From TPA_inf: Saccharomyces (taxonomy: Eukaryota), in NCBI GenBank assembly GCA_000146045.2, contig BK006947.3, forward strand, positions 512,001 through 576,000: a stretch of 64,000 nucleotides of DNA, in the 5' to 3' direction. Shown piece by piece: positions 1 to 11,700 of the stretch. Under the pieces are notes generated by a model. It searched no databases, had not been told where the DNA came from, and was given only the letters and a program-made list of their open reading frames with translations. A program made the translations under genes and the position numbers. Positions within the stretch are counted from its first letter, which is position 1. Each line of letters opens with the position of its first letter.

Positions 1-396
1 GTCATAGACTATGCATTGAGAAAAAGACCGAATGTCAAGTTAGTCGATACTGGTTTAGCGATCGGTAAAGAAGCGTTTACTAGTTACAGAGGCAAAAAGT
101 TTCATCCTAGTGTGAAATTAGCGAGGAGGTACTATCCACATACGTACAACGTCGATGGGTTCTTTGTCGCTAAATTCCAAAAGATCGGTCCATCTTCGTT
201 TGATGATAACCAAGCAAGTGCAAAAGAAAAGGAAACTGCTGCTAGAAAGGAAGCTTTGGAAGAAGGTATCATTCACTCTGACTTCGCAACCTTCGAGGAC
301 GAAGAAGACGATAAGTACATTGAAAAGTCTGTGAAAAACAATCTTTTGAAAAAGGGTGTCAATCCAAAAGCTAAAAGACCTTCTAACGAAAAATAA
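1..396 (+). CDS. NOP2: 3' (C-terminal) fragment of NOP2, a NOL1/NOP2/Sun-family rRNA m5C methyltransferase; the ORF is open from the window edge
   Basis: Frame 1 is open from nt 1 to the stop at 394-396. The C-terminal motif DGFFVAKFQKIG is typical of RsmB/NOP2 family ends, followed by a K/E-rich tail. It lies immediately before ARP5, as on chrXIV. Confidence 0.75.
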   Translation, partial: VIDYALRKRPNVKLVDTGLAIGKEAFTSYRGKKFHPSVKLARRYYPHTYNVDGFFVAKFQKIGPSSFDDNQASAKEKETAARKEALEEGIIHSDFATFEDEEDDKYIEKSVKNNLLKKGVNPKAKRPSNEK

Positions 397-460
397 GTTC
401 CCACAAACGTAGTGGCATCATGTTAGCATAGTTTTCTCTCTCTAATCTTTCTCTGTCTAC

Positions 461-484
461 ATATATATATATATATATATATAT
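461..484. repeat. (AT)12 dinucleotide microsatellite in the convergent NOP2/ARP5 3' intergenic region
   Basis: It is a perfect atatat... run of 24 bp. Confidence 0.9.
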
Positions 485-667
485 CAATTTCAAATATGTC
501 TCACTGTATATTAAATTCAAAATAGAAATAATAAAGCCGATTTGTAAACAGCACTAAGAAAAAAGGCGATGATATTACTTATTAATATTCGTTGCCAATA
601 TAGTATTACATATATCTCTATTTATTTCTCTTTTTTTGTTTTTAAGGCGTTTCAGTTTGCTGTCTCC

Positions 668-2935
668 TTAGTCTTCAAAATACTTCGTATTCCCTAACTT
701 ATGCTCTTTGATGTACTCTGGACCGTACTCTTCGTATTCTTTCTTACTGATAACTGTTTTCCTATACTGTTCTTCGTTTCGTGCTAGAGCTGCCATACCC
801 TTCCAGGCATCCAATGAAGGATCTGAAGACATATTTACAGTGATATTGGTACCGGTAGGAAGGAATCCAGTGAATTCCTTCACAATACGTTCTTTCAATC
901 CTGGCACCTTAGCATTACCGCCGGTAATAAGAACGTTGTTCACCATGTCTATGGAAGTTTGACTCAATTTTCCTGGTTGAGAACCAAACTTCTTTAGTAA
1001 AATGGTTTCTGATAATTCGCAAATACCGGCTTGGTCTTGTCCGCCCATTGTCGGTTGAAATATCACTTCTGGTACCCTTATACGTTCTACATTCAAATGC
1101 ATTTGATGTTGTTCATGTATATTTTCGCTATCATGAGGTCTAGGTCCTCTTAAAAACAGGTGGAGGATAGAATTTCTCCAATCGTACTGTGCTTCCAGCG
1201 TATCTTCTTCAGTAAAGTTTGGATCGTGTTCTAAAAGTAGTCTCTCCAGTTCCACGATGTCTTTGTACTCGTACTCTAATGCTTCTTCAAAAGCCTCAGG
1301 ATTTTGAGTAATATCAGTATAAATAAGCCAGTCTTCATCATTAGCGCCAAAAGTGTCATTTGGATCATTATCTATTGTCGCTTGGTGTCTATTACGTTTG
1401 GCCCCTTGTTTGACATTATCCTCAGCCAATGAAGCTAGATTTTTCATTCTGTTCTGTGAAACTTGAGATTTTCTGTCCTTCATTTCGTCACGTAGTTTTA
1501 ACTTTTCTTTTCTCCTTTTTATTAATTTGTTTAATTTCAATCTTTTGTCCTTTATCCAACCATTTAAGTCAGTTTCACGCCATTGTTGCTCTTTTAATTT
1601 TTTTTCTTCTTCTTCCTTGGCGACTCTTTCCTTTTCTTCTTTAGCCTTTTGCCTGGCGTCTTGACTGGCCTTCAAAAATCTTTGCTTCCTTTTCTCCTTG
1701 ATTTGATCTTCATTTAGATCTTCGTCTGCAATATCAAGCAAATCAAATTTCTGGGCTGTTTTGTCTTCATTCATTTCATCCAGGTGACTATCATCTTCTG
1801 CTTCAACCATTTGGGCTTTTTTTAATGATTGTTCTAGGCTATGAAGATACTTTTTAAAATCACGTTCGTCATCAAAACCAGCGTTTTGCAAAACCGAGAG
1901 TACTTTCTTCTTAGGTTCGTCAATTAATTGGTCTCTAACTTTTGAGAAGTATTCAAATTCTTCCTGCTTCTGAACCAATTTTTCCATTCTTTTCAAACGT
2001 GCCTGTTCTTGCAAGCGTTTCCCAGTTTCCTTTCTTTTTTCGGCTTGAATTCGTAATTCTTCTTCTGTCTTTTGAGGTTGAAGGACTTCTGTAAAAGGGG
2101 CTTCCACTACCACATCATTTGTATCAAGGTTCTCCAAGGTGAGGATTTTTTCAATATCTTCATCATAATTTCGCGAAACATAGCAATAATCTTTATACAT
2201 CGTTTCATACTGCAAATAAGACATCTTTGTTGGAAAATATGGATACTTCAAAGCCATCAAATCATTCAAGTAGTCAACTGCTTGATGTCCTCCCCAATTA
2301 ATCCTTTTTGCATCTGTCAAGATACCTGCACCATCAACTACGGGAATTACATTGGTGTCCTCATGGCCACAACTGATGACCAAACCTGTTTTATTTCCGC
2401 TTGGGTTATAATTGTAAAAACTAAACAGACTGTCTATTCCGAAAGTAACGCCTGGTACATTGTAAGTTTCAAACAAAATCTGGTACCAATTTGTCCGTTG
2501 TGATTGAACAGTTGCCAGTCTTTCGGTAAGTAATATTGGATTAGGAATTCCGTTATCTGGTACCACTCCCAAATGATGAAAAGTGTAGTCCAATATTTCT
2601 TCAGTGAGATTCCAATTGGTTACAAATGGTCCGTCAAAGGGGCTTCTCGATTGCGAACGCACAGCTTGATCCAACAAGGTGTCATTACCGACAAAAGTGA
2701 AATTTTTGTTTAACTTTCTGTCTCTAAACTTGGTCAATGCATTCGGAAAAATATGTGTAGGGGTAGCATGGTTAACGAATCCTGCTCTCAGTTTGCTTGA
2801 TCCAAAATCAATGGCAATGGGCGACTGGGGATTGTAAGCTGACTGTTCATCGAATGGTTCTGGGGTTTGTCTCAATGGAGGGTCGTCTATCACTACTGCC
2901 TTAAGAGGAGTCAAAGAGGCGTCTCTGCTAGACAT
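668..2935 (-). CDS. ARP5: Actin-related protein Arp5 (INO80 complex), 755 aa
   Basis: The protein begins MSSRDASLTP at the ATG (reverse complement at 2933-2935). The upstream 'M' codons in the ORF track are GTG/TTG. It has an actin fold with a long K/E-rich coiled insert, and its length matches ARP5. Confidence 0.9.
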   Translation of the reverse strand: MSSRDASLTPLKAVVIDDPPLRQTPEPFDEQSAYNPQSPIAIDFGSSKLRAGFVNHATPTHIFPNALTKFRDRKLNKNFTFVGNDTLLDQAVRSQSRSPFDGPFVTNWNLTEEILDYTFHHLGVVPDNGIPNPILLTERLATVQSQRTNWYQILFETYNVPGVTFGIDSLFSFYNYNPSGNKTGLVISCGHEDTNVIPVVDGAGILTDAKRINWGGHQAVDYLNDLMALKYPYFPTKMSYLQYETMYKDYCYVSRNYDEDIEKILTLENLDTNDVVVEAPFTEVLQPQKTEEELRIQAEKRKETGKRLQEQARLKRMEKLVQKQEEFEYFSKVRDQLIDEPKKKVLSVLQNAGFDDERDFKKYLHSLEQSLKKAQMVEAEDDSHLDEMNEDKTAQKFDLLDIADEDLNEDQIKEKRKQRFLKASQDARQKAKEEKERVAKEEEEKKLKEQQWRETDLNGWIKDKRLKLNKLIKRRKEKLKLRDEMKDRKSQVSQNRMKNLASLAEDNVKQGAKRNRHQATIDNDPNDTFGANDEDWLIYTDITQNPEAFEEALEYEYKDIVELERLLLEHDPNFTEEDTLEAQYDWRNSILHLFLRGPRPHDSENIHEQHQMHLNVERIRVPEVIFQPTMGGQDQAGICELSETILLKKFGSQPGKLSQTSIDMVNNVLITGGNAKVPGLKERIVKEFTGFLPTGTNITVNMSSDPSLDAWKGMAALARNEEQYRKTVISKKEYEEYGPEYIKEHKLGNTKYFED

Positions 2936-3762
2936 TATACGTCTTATGTTCAGAGTCCTTCGAAATTTCACTTTTATAACAAGTTTTTACTGAGAACCGC
3001 TGCTTATATTGATTATTATATTCTTCCCAAAGTGAGTATTTCATAAGCGTTGTAATGATGTATCATAGTCTACGAAACGAGATAAATGCTAAACGCTAAT
3101 TATAGTTGAGAATTTACAACGATGTAAGTCGCACTAAGCCAAGAACTTCTTTCGATGATTGTCATTGCTCTTAGCAAACTGTTCATTGTGAGTTTTGTTA
3201 CTTGCTGAAAATTACATCGGTCAAGACCCTTCTATATTGTCACCTTCCATTTATGAAGACAGCACTTCAAGGCAAAAGTGTTTAATATTTATACGCGGAT
3301 CATGATTGCTTAGCTCCTTCTTTAACTCAGTACTTGTGGTTAGAATTTTGTAGATACCTGCACACATTTTGGTAGCAGCTGTGTCGGTGTTTCATGAGGA
3401 TCGGAAAGATATGTACGGAAAGATCACATGTATATATTTAACAAAGAATGCATAATTCGCCTTGTTGATGGTTACGACCAGATCAGATAAAGTAGTTCAA
3501 AGATCACAACAGAATTTTATCTTTCCAATTACCATTCAGAAAAATTTTTTATCTCTTGGAGGGTTATTTTCGGGCCTTTCAAGAATATGATAAAGATATA
3601 TCTTGGCAGATGTACTGATGATTACTGGTGCGTTAGAACCGTATGGCCTTGAAAAGAATAAAAGCAAACATCGATTTTTTTGGTACTGAATTACACAATT
3701 TTTAAGGACTAAAAAAAAAAATGTTTAACCTGAACAACCATGTATCTTAGATGTCAGGGTAT

Positions 3763-4713
3763 CTAGATTATTTCTCTACCATTCAGGACATCATCCAAAA
3801 ACATCGATGGCGCCTGTCTTTTATGAGCCTTTTTAGGAGAGCTAGTATTTGAGGTAGCAGAAGCGACTGGTATGAGGCCCAAGGAGGATTGGTTTCTCTT
3901 ATGGTAGCCTTCCATTGAGTTAATTTTCTTTTCCTTTCTTTCAGGTGACGCTGCTCTTTGTGGTCTATTGAGGTTCAGCTTTCTCTCTTCTTCTTCTTCT
4001 TCTTCTTCTTCTAGATAGGTACCTACGTATAAAAATGGATCGTCAATAAAAATGTTAGTGTCTTTTGATTGATGGCGGCTATGACTTTTTTCATATTGTG
4101 ACACTTGTAAAGTAGGAGATATAAATAAGGATCTTCTGTTGTCTGTGAACGGATCCTGAATTGGGTTGAATGGTGAGGCAGCATCCTCGTATTGGCTAGA
4201 TTCTAATTGGCTCATAGAATCCCAATCATCCTGCATATATGATTTCTCATCATTGATGTCAAAGGGATTGCTTTGTAAAGAAGAACTATGCTTGTGGTGT
4301 CCCCTGTACAAATTTTTACTATCATTTGCATAAGAATTTGTCATTGTGAAACGACGAGACAAATAACTGGACACTAACCACCATATAAGAATACTGATAA
4401 AAATGGCACCTATGACAGCACCCACAGCAATGTATACAGTTCCATTTGGTTTATCAGCAGCATTTAAAATAAATGGGTTTCCTGCTGTAGATGGGGGTGT
4501 TATACTTGCGACAATTAGTGATGAGGAGGATGTTGCTCCACTGGAAGTTGAGAAAGCCGAAGATGTTAACGATGGAAGGGACTTGGAACTCGTTTCGGAC
4601 ACTACACTTGACGTGGGCTTTGACAGGGCGGTTGAACTAGTTGTAGTAGTAACTAAAGTAGGAAGGTCTCTTCTGACCAGCGATACAGACGGGATAAAGT
4701 TTTTCTTAACCAT
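3763..4713 (-). CDS. YNL058C-like Ser/Thr-rich single-pass membrane protein (316 aa) with a poly-Glu tract
   Basis: The ATG is at 4711-4713 (MVKKNF...). It has an S/T-rich N-terminus, one hydrophobic TM segment ([20 protein letters not shown]) and an EEEEEEEE run encoded by a (GAA/GAG)n tract at 3996-4019. Confidence 0.8.
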   Translation of the reverse strand: MVKKNFIPSVSLVRRDLPTLVTTTTSSTALSKPTSSVVSETSSKSLPSLTSSAFSTSSGATSSSSLIVASITPPSTAGNPFILNAADKPNGTVYIAVGAVIGAIFISILIWWLVSSYLSRRFTMTNSYANDSKNLYRGHHKHSSSLQSNPFDINDEKSYMQDDWDSMSQLESSQYEDAASPFNPIQDPFTDNRRSLFISPTLQVSQYEKSHSRHQSKDTNIFIDDPFLYVGTYLEEEEEEEEERKLNLNRPQRAASPERKEKKINSMEGYHKRNQSSLGLIPVASATSNTSSPKKAHKRQAPSMFLDDVLNGREII

Positions 4714-5248
4714 CTCTGCCGATGTTTCTTTCTGAACTTTTGACAAGGTATGAGTCTAGTTGATTATAATACAAGAGTGTGGGTATGTTATTAATAAACA
4801 TTATAAATTATTAACCCATATAGCTGCTAAATATAATTGAAAATCTAGTAATTTCTAATTATACATTTTTTTTTTTTACAAATGTTTTATGATATGTTTA
4901 CTATTTCCCGCTTTAGGAAATCATATTAAGGGTTTCATGAAAGAATTCTGCAGAGTGATCATTGGAAATCGGCAGAAAGTGAGAAGGGAGGCTGTCACCA
5001 GGTTCCCCTATACTATTCATGTGAGTGGTAGCATGCAAAGTAAAGACCCTTTTTCATTTAGTGATTCATCCATGAATAGCTCTTGGTGCTAGCCCAGATT
5101 TTTCAGTAATTTTTGTTTTTTCTTCTGAATTTTCCAGAATTAAAAAAAAGATCAGAAAAAAGCGAGAGTTTACTTAAGATATTAAAGTCTAGTTGATATA
5201 TCAACAAGTGAAGGCAAAATACCAATAGAGTGCACGTTTCTTGATGCT

Positions 5249-5842
5249 ATGAAATACATACCCCCATTAAATTTTTCGCCAGTGGTGAGCACGGATGTAT
5301 CGTTATATCGATCGGGATACCCGATGCCGTTAAATTATAGTTTCATCAAGCATCAGTTACACTTGAAGACCATAATATATATTGGCGATAAAGATAGGCC
5401 TCTCGAAGAATATCAAAGCTTCCTGGAGTCAGAAAAGATAAAATACTATCACATATTTATGGATTCAAGCCGCGATGAAGGAATTCAAGAAAGAATGAAC
5501 CAGGTCTTGCACTTGGTGCTGGATGTCAGAAACTATCCCATCTTAGTGCATTCCAATAAGGGCAAGCACCGTGTTGGTGTAGTTGTGGGAATCATAAGAA
5601 AGTTGTTACAGGGATGGTCCACTGCAGGTATATGCCAAGAGTACGGGTTATTTTCTGGTGGGATGAAAGATGGAGTAGATTTGGAGTTTATCACAATGTT
5701 CGAAACCAATCTGAAAATACCGAGAAACGTTATCCCTGGCTTTGCTAAACACTGCTTGTATTTGAATGAGCTAGAGGCTGCGGAAGGAAGTGATGATGAG
5801 TCAGGAAGTGAGTCTATTCTCACTGCCAAGCAACCAATATGA
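5249..5842 (+). CDS. OCA2: Oca2, a putative protein-tyrosine-phosphatase-like protein (197 aa), Siw14/Oca family
   Basis: The ATG is at 5249. The sequence HSNKGKHRVGVVVGIIRK resembles the CX5R P-loop but has Ser in place of the catalytic Cys. Length is 197 aa. Confidence 0.85.
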   Translation: MKYIPPLNFSPVVSTDVSLYRSGYPMPLNYSFIKHQLHLKTIIYIGDKDRPLEEYQSFLESEKIKYYHIFMDSSRDEGIQERMNQVLHLVLDVRNYPILVHSNKGKHRVGVVVGIIRKLLQGWSTAGICQEYGLFSGGMKDGVDLEFITMFETNLKIPRNVIPGFAKHCLYLNELEAAEGSDDESGSESILTAKQPI

Positions 5843-5993
5843 TTATGAGAACCAGCCGTTACAAAGAATATTTTCTGTCATTAATATATTTGTATAAATA
5901 AAACAACAAGTCTAAAGATCAAGTAGAAAAATGGAAACAAGAACGAGCACATATATGGTATATAGTGAACATATATATATTAGATATATACGT

Positions 5994-6845
5994 TCAAGCG
6001 TCGAAGGACAAAGACCAACCTAGCTTGTGAACAGGTTCAGACAACTTCAAAGCATCGAAAGAGGAACCGACACCCAGAGTGACGCCAGGTCTTAACAATT
6101 GCTTGTAAGCCAAAGTGACAATACCGGAATCGGACACCTTAGCCTTAACTTGGGAAGATGCATCAGGCAAATATCTAGTGGCGAATTCGATGTTGACATT
6201 GGAGTTAGGTAGTTTGCAGTTCATTGTAGCCTTAGCACCGACCTGTAAAAAGGCGTTGACGTTTTGGAAGAAGTCAACGGTAGTTATTTGCTCGTTGTTC
6301 AATGTAGCGCCCAAGGAGTAGTCTTTGGCGAAATAACTTAAAGCCATGGCATAACGAGAAATGGAACCGGCGCTGATATCGTAACCAAACTCTGCGCCAC
6401 CAACAATACCTTCGTGGGCCATAGTTAAGTCACCAACAAATGTTGGTGACTTCAAACACAAGTCAAAGGCACCTCTTGCGGTGAAGAAAGGTTGTGTGAA
6501 CGTAGTGTTTAAGACGGCGGACTTGGCGACGCCTGGAGTCAAAGAAGTGATCAATTCGTTCTTTAGACCAGGGGTCAAGTTGGCAAACTCTAATTTGGTT
6601 TGCAAGTTGTTTGTGTTAGACCAGCCTTGAGTTAGACCCAAGCCGGTTTGCTTGTCATTCAACTTTGCTTCCACGTTAGTAGACAGTGGACCGTCTTTGA
6701 CAGGCTGTTTAGCCTTCAATGAGAACTTAATGCCATTGGCGGTTGTTGTTTGCACATCAAAGGCAGCTGGGGTAGCATGATAGAAATCCTTGTTCAATAG
6801 GTCATTGATATTTCTGGAGATATCGCTGTAAACTGGAGGAGACAT
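5994..6845 (-). CDS. POR1: Mitochondrial outer-membrane porin (VDAC), 283 aa
   Basis: Full-length match to the yeast porin sequence (MSPPVYSDISRNINDLLNKDFYH...). It has a beta-barrel amphipathic pattern. Confidence 0.95.
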   Translation of the reverse strand: MSPPVYSDISRNINDLLNKDFYHATPAAFDVQTTTANGIKFSLKAKQPVKDGPLSTNVEAKLNDKQTGLGLTQGWSNTNNLQTKLEFANLTPGLKNELITSLTPGVAKSAVLNTTFTQPFFTARGAFDLCLKSPTFVGDLTMAHEGIVGGAEFGYDISAGSISRYAMALSYFAKDYSLGATLNNEQITTVDFFQNVNAFLQVGAKATMNCKLPNSNVNIEFATRYLPDASSQVKAKVSDSGIVTLAYKQLLRPGVTLGVGSSFDALKLSEPVHKLGWSLSFDA

Positions 6846-7098
6846 TGTTGAGAGGTTGGTTTGATTTTTGCTTTGGGTACGCTTGGCTGTTTCGTGTTGG
6901 GAGAATCCGTAGCACTAATGAGTAGTGGAACGAGTTGGGGGTAGTTATATAGTAGATCAACTCGTGCTCTGCTGGCTATAAAAGGGGTTCTTTGTTGAGG
7001 AACGGCCGAAATGGCGGTGTTTGATTGGGCCGCAGCCGGCAAAAAGCACCGGAACCGTGAAAAAAGCTCGTCTGACGCGGAAACGTGCGGCAAAAAAT

Positions 7099-7162
7099 CT
7101 CCGCGACGGGGAATTGAACCCCGATCTGGCACGCGACAAGCGCCCATTCTGACCATTAAACT
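7099..7162 (-). tRNA. tD(GUC): tRNA-Asp(GUC) gene, 3' 64 nt (D-loop through acceptor 3' end), cut off from its 5' end by the Ty1 insertion
   Basis: The reverse complement reads GTTTAATGGTCAGAATGGGCGCTTGTCGCGTGCCAGATCGGGGTTCAATTCCCCGTCGCGGAG, which is yeast tRNA-Asp nt 9-72. A T6 Pol III terminator (reverse complement of 7092-7098) follows the 3' end. The Ty1 LTR begins right at 7163. Confidence 0.9.
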
Positions 7163-7496
7163 TGTTGGAATAAAAATCAACTATCATCTACTAACTAGTA
7201 TTTACGTTACTAGTATATTATCATATACGGTGTTAGAAGATGACGCAAATGATGAGAAATAGTCATCTAAATTAGTGGAAGCTGAAACGCAAGGATTGAT
7301 AATGTAATAGGATCAATGAATATTAACATATAAAACGATGATAATAATATTTATAGAATTGTGTAGAATTACAGATTTCCTTTTATGGATTCCTAAATCC
7401 TCGAGGAGAACTTCTAGTATATTCTGTATACCTAATATTATAGCCTTTATCAACAATGGAATCCCAACAATTATCTCAACATTCACCCATTTCTCA
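7163..7496 (+). repeat. Ty1 5' LTR (delta), 334 bp
   Basis: It runs from TGTTGG to TCTCA. Visual comparison with the 3' LTR at 12729-13062 found no differences. Confidence 0.9.
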
Positions 7497-8778
7497 TGGT
7501 AGCGCCTGTGCTTCGGTTACTTCTAAGGAAGTCCACACAAATCAAGATCCGTTAGACGTTTCAGCTTCCAAAATTCAAGAATATGATAAGGCTTCCACTA
7601 AGGCTAACTCTCAACAGACAACAACACCTGCTTCATCAGCTGTTCCAGAGAACCCCCATCATGCCTCTCCTCAAACTGCTCAGTCACATTCACCACAGAA
7701 TGGGCCGTACCCACAGCAGTGCATGATGACCCAAAACCAAGCCAATCCATCTGATTGGTCATTTTACGGACGCCCATCTATGATTCCGTATACACCTTAT
7801 CAAATGTCGCCTATGTACTTTCCACCTGGGCCACATTCACAGTTTCCGCAGTATCCATCATCAGTTGGAACGCCTCTGAGCACTCCATCACCTGAGTCAG
7901 GTAATACATTTACTGATTCATCCTCAGCGGACTCTGATATGACATCCACTAAAAAATATGTCAGACCACCACCAATGTTAACCTCACCTAATGACTTTCT
8001 AAATTGGGTTAAAACATACATCAAATTTTTACAAAACTCGAATCTCGGTGGTATTATTCCGACAGTAAACGGAAAACCCGTACGTCAGATCACTGATGAT
8101 GAACTCACCTTCTTGTATAACACTTTTCAAATATTTGCTCCATCTCAATTCCTACCTACCTGGGTCAAAGACATCCTATCCGTTGATTATACGGATATCA
8201 TGAAAATTCTTTCCAAAAGTATTGAAAAAATGCAATCTGATACCCAAGAGGCAAACGACATTGTGACCCTGGCAAATTTGCAATATAATGGCAGTACACC
8301 TGCAGATGCATTTGAAACAAAAGTCACAAACATTATCGACAGACTGAACAATAATGGCATTCATATCAATAACAAGGTCGCATGCCAATTAATTATGAGA
8401 GGTCTATCTGGCGAATATAAATTTTTACGCTACACACGTCATCGACATCTAAATATGACAGTCGCTGAACTGTTCTTAGATATCCATGCTATTTATGAAG
8501 AACAACAGGGATCGAGAAACAGCAAACCTAATTACAGGAGAAATCCGAGTGATGAGAAGAATGATTCTCGCAGCTATACAAATACAACCAAACCCAAAGT
8601 TATAGCTCGGAATCCTCAAAAAACAAATAATTCGAAATCGAAAACAGCCAGGGCTCACAATGTATCCACATCTAATAACTCTCCCAGCACGGACAACGAT
8701 TCCATCAGTAAATCAACTACTGAACCGATTCAATTGAACAATAAGCACGACCTTCATCTTAGGCCAGAAACTTACTGA
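7456..8778 (+). CDS. TYA: Ty1 TYA (Gag), 440 aa; the ATG lies inside the 5' LTR
   Basis: [26 protein letters not shown]... is canonical Ty1 Gag. The ORF is intact. Confidence 0.95.
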   Translation: MESQQLSQHSPISHGSACASVTSKEVHTNQDPLDVSASKIQEYDKASTKANSQQTTTPASSAVPENPHHASPQTAQSHSPQNGPYPQQCMMTQNQANPSDWSFYGRPSMIPYTPYQMSPMYFPPGPHSQFPQYPSSVGTPLSTPSPESGNTFTDSSSADSDMTSTKKYVRPPPMLTSPNDFLNWVKTYIKFLQNSNLGGIIPTVNGKPVRQITDDELTFLYNTFQIFAPSQFLPTWVKDILSVDYTDIMKILSKSIEKMQSDTQEANDIVTLANLQYNGSTPADAFETKVTNIIDRLNNNGIHINNKVACQLIMRGLSGEYKFLRYTRHRHLNMTVAELFLDIHAIYEEQQGSRNSKPNYRRNPSDEKNDSRSYTNTTKPKVIARNPQKTNNSKSKTARAHNVSTSNNSPSTDNDSISKSTTEPIQLNNKHDLHLRPETY

Positions 8779-11700
8779 ATCTACAGTAAATCATACTAAT
8801 CATTCTGATGATGAACTCCCTGGACACCTCCTTCTCGATTCAGGAGCATCACGAACCCTTATAAGATCTGCTCATCACATACACTCAGCATCATCTAATC
8901 CTGACATAAACGTAGTTGATGCTCAAAAAAGAAATATACCAATTAACGCTATTGGTGACCTACAATTTCACTTCCAGGACAACACCAAAACATCAATAAA
9001 GGTATTGCACACTCCTAACATAGCCTATGACTTACTCAGTTTGAATGAATTGGCTGCAGTAGATATCACAGCATGCTTTACCAAAAACGTCTTAGAACGA
9101 TCTGACGGCACTGTACTTGCACCTATCGTAAAATATGGAGACTTTTACTGGGTATCTAAAAAGTACTTGCTTCCATCAAATATCTCCGTACCCACCATCA
9201 ATAATGTCCATACAAGTGAAAGTACACGCAAATATCCTTATCCTTTCATTCATCGAATGCTTGCGCATGCCAATGCACAGACAATTCGATACTCACTTAA
9301 AAATAACACCATCACGTATTTTAACGAATCAGATGTCGACTGGTCTAGTGCTATTGACTATCAATGTCCTGATTGTTTAATCGGCAAAAGCACCAAACAC
9401 AGACATATCAAAGGTTCACGACTAAAATACCAAAATTCATACGAACCCTTTCAATACCTACATACTGACATATTTGGTCCAGTTCACAACCTACCAAAGA
9501 GTGCACCATCCTATTTCATCTCATTTACTGATGAGACAACAAAATTCCGTTGGGTTTATCCATTACACGACCGTCGCGAGGACTCTATCCTCGATGTTTT
9601 TACTACGATACTAGCTTTTATTAAGAACCAGTTTCAGGCCAGTGTCTTGGTTATACAAATGGACCGTGGTTCTGAGTATACTAACAGAACTCTCCATAAA
9701 TTCCTTGAAAAAAATGGTATAACTCCATGCTATACAACCACAGCGGATTCCCGAGCACATGGAGTCGCTGAACGGCTCAACCGTACCTTATTAGATGACT
9801 GCCGTACTCAACTGCAATGTAGTGGTTTACCGAACCATTTATGGTTCTCTGCAATCGAATTTTCTACTATTGTGAGAAATTCACTAGCTTCACCTAAAAG
9901 CAAAAAATCTGCAAGACAACATGCTGGCTTGGCAGGACTTGATATCAGTACTTTGTTACCTTTCGGTCAACCTGTTATCGTCAATGATCACAACCCTAAC
10001 TCCAAAATACATCCTCGTGGCATCCCAGGCTACGCTCTACATCCGTCTCGAAACTCTTATGGATATATCATCTATCTTCCATCCTTAAAGAAGACAGTAG
10101 ATACAACTAACTATGTTATTCTTCAGGGCAAGGAATCCAGATTAGATCAATTCAATTACGACGCACTCACTTTCGATGAAGACTTAAACCGTTTAACTGC
10201 TTCATATCAATCGTTCATTGCGTCAAATGAGATCCAACAATCCGATGATCTTAACTTCCAATCTGACATCGAACTACATCCTGAGCAACCGAGAAATGTC
10301 CTTTCAAAAGCTGTGAGTCCAACCGATTCCACACCTCCGTCAACTCATACTGAAGATTCGAAACGTGTTTCTAAAACCAATATTCGCGCACCCAGAGAAG
10401 TTGATCCCAACATATCTAAATCTGATATCCTTCCATCAAAGAAGAGATCTAGCACCCCCCAAATTTCCGATATCGAGAGTACTGGTTCGGGTGGTATGCA
10501 TAGATTAGATGTTCCTTTACTTGCTCCCATGTCCCAATCTAACACACATGAATCGTCGCACACCAGTAAATCTAAAGATTTCAGACACTCAGACTCGTAC
10601 AGTGACAATGAGACTAATCATACAAACGTACCAATATCCAGTACGGGTGGTACCAATAATAAAACTGTTCCGCAGACAAGCGAACAGGAGACTGAGAAAA
10701 GGATTATACACCGTTCACCTTCGATCGATACTTCCTCATCAGAAAGTAATTCACTACACCACGTCGTTCCTATCAAAACGTCAGATACCTGTCCTAAGGA
10801 GAATACAGAGGAATCTATAATTGCTGATCTTCCACTTCCCGATCTGCCTCCAGAACCTCCTACCAAATTATCAGACTCCTTTAAAGAACTTCCACCGATC
10901 AATTCTCGTCAAACTAATTCCAGTTTGGGTGGTATTGGTGACTCTAATGCCTATACTACTATCAACAGTAAGAAAAGATCATTAGAAGATAATGAAACTG
11001 AAATTAAGGTATCACGAGACACATGGAATACTAAGAATATGCGTAGTTTAGAACCTCCGAGATCGAAGAAACGAATTCACCTGATTGCAGCTGTAAAAGC
11101 AGTAAAATCAATCAAACCAATACGGACAACCTTACGATACGATGAGGCAATCACCTATAATAAAGATATTAAAGAAAAAGAAAAATATATCGAGGCATAC
11201 CACAAAGAAGTCAATCAACTGTTGAAGATGAAAACTTGGGACACTGACAAATATTATGACAGAAAAGAAATAGACCCTAAAAGAGTAATAAATTCAATGT
11301 TTATCTTCAACAGGAAACGTGACGGTACTCATAAAGCTAGATTTGTTGCAAGAGGTGATATTCAGCATCCTGACACTTACGACTCAGGCATGCAATCCAA
11401 TACCGTACATCACTATGCATTGATGACATCCCTGTCACTTGCATTAGACAATAACTACTATATTACACAATTAGACATATCTTCGGCATATTTGTATGCA
11501 GACATCAAAGAAGAATTATACATAAGACCTCCACCACATTTAGGAATGAATGATAAGTTGATACGTTTGAAGAAATCACTTTATGGTTTGAAACAAAGTG
11601 GTGCAAACTGGTATGAAACGATCAAATCATATCTGATTGAACAATGTGATATGGAAGAAGTTCGCGGATGGTCATGCGTATTTAAGAATAGTCAAGTAAC

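Noticed and set aside
4403-4735. A 110-aa ORF antisense inside YNL058C, and similar antisense ORFs inside VAC7, BDP1, SFB2, the Ty elements and others
   Set aside because: They are nested antisense to well-supported genes, with low-complexity translations and no independent evidence.
4889-5092. A 67-aa ORF in the YNL058C/OCA2 divergent promoter (position of dubious YNL057W)
   Set aside because: It is short, sits in a promoter region and has no conserved features.
6794-7262. Three overlapping ORFs (6794-7180 -, 6957-7187 -, 7011-7262 +) across the POR1 upstream region, the tRNA-Asp fragment and the Ty1 LTR
   Set aside because: They overlap a tRNA gene fragment, its terminator and an LTR. They have no coding signature and are explained by those features.
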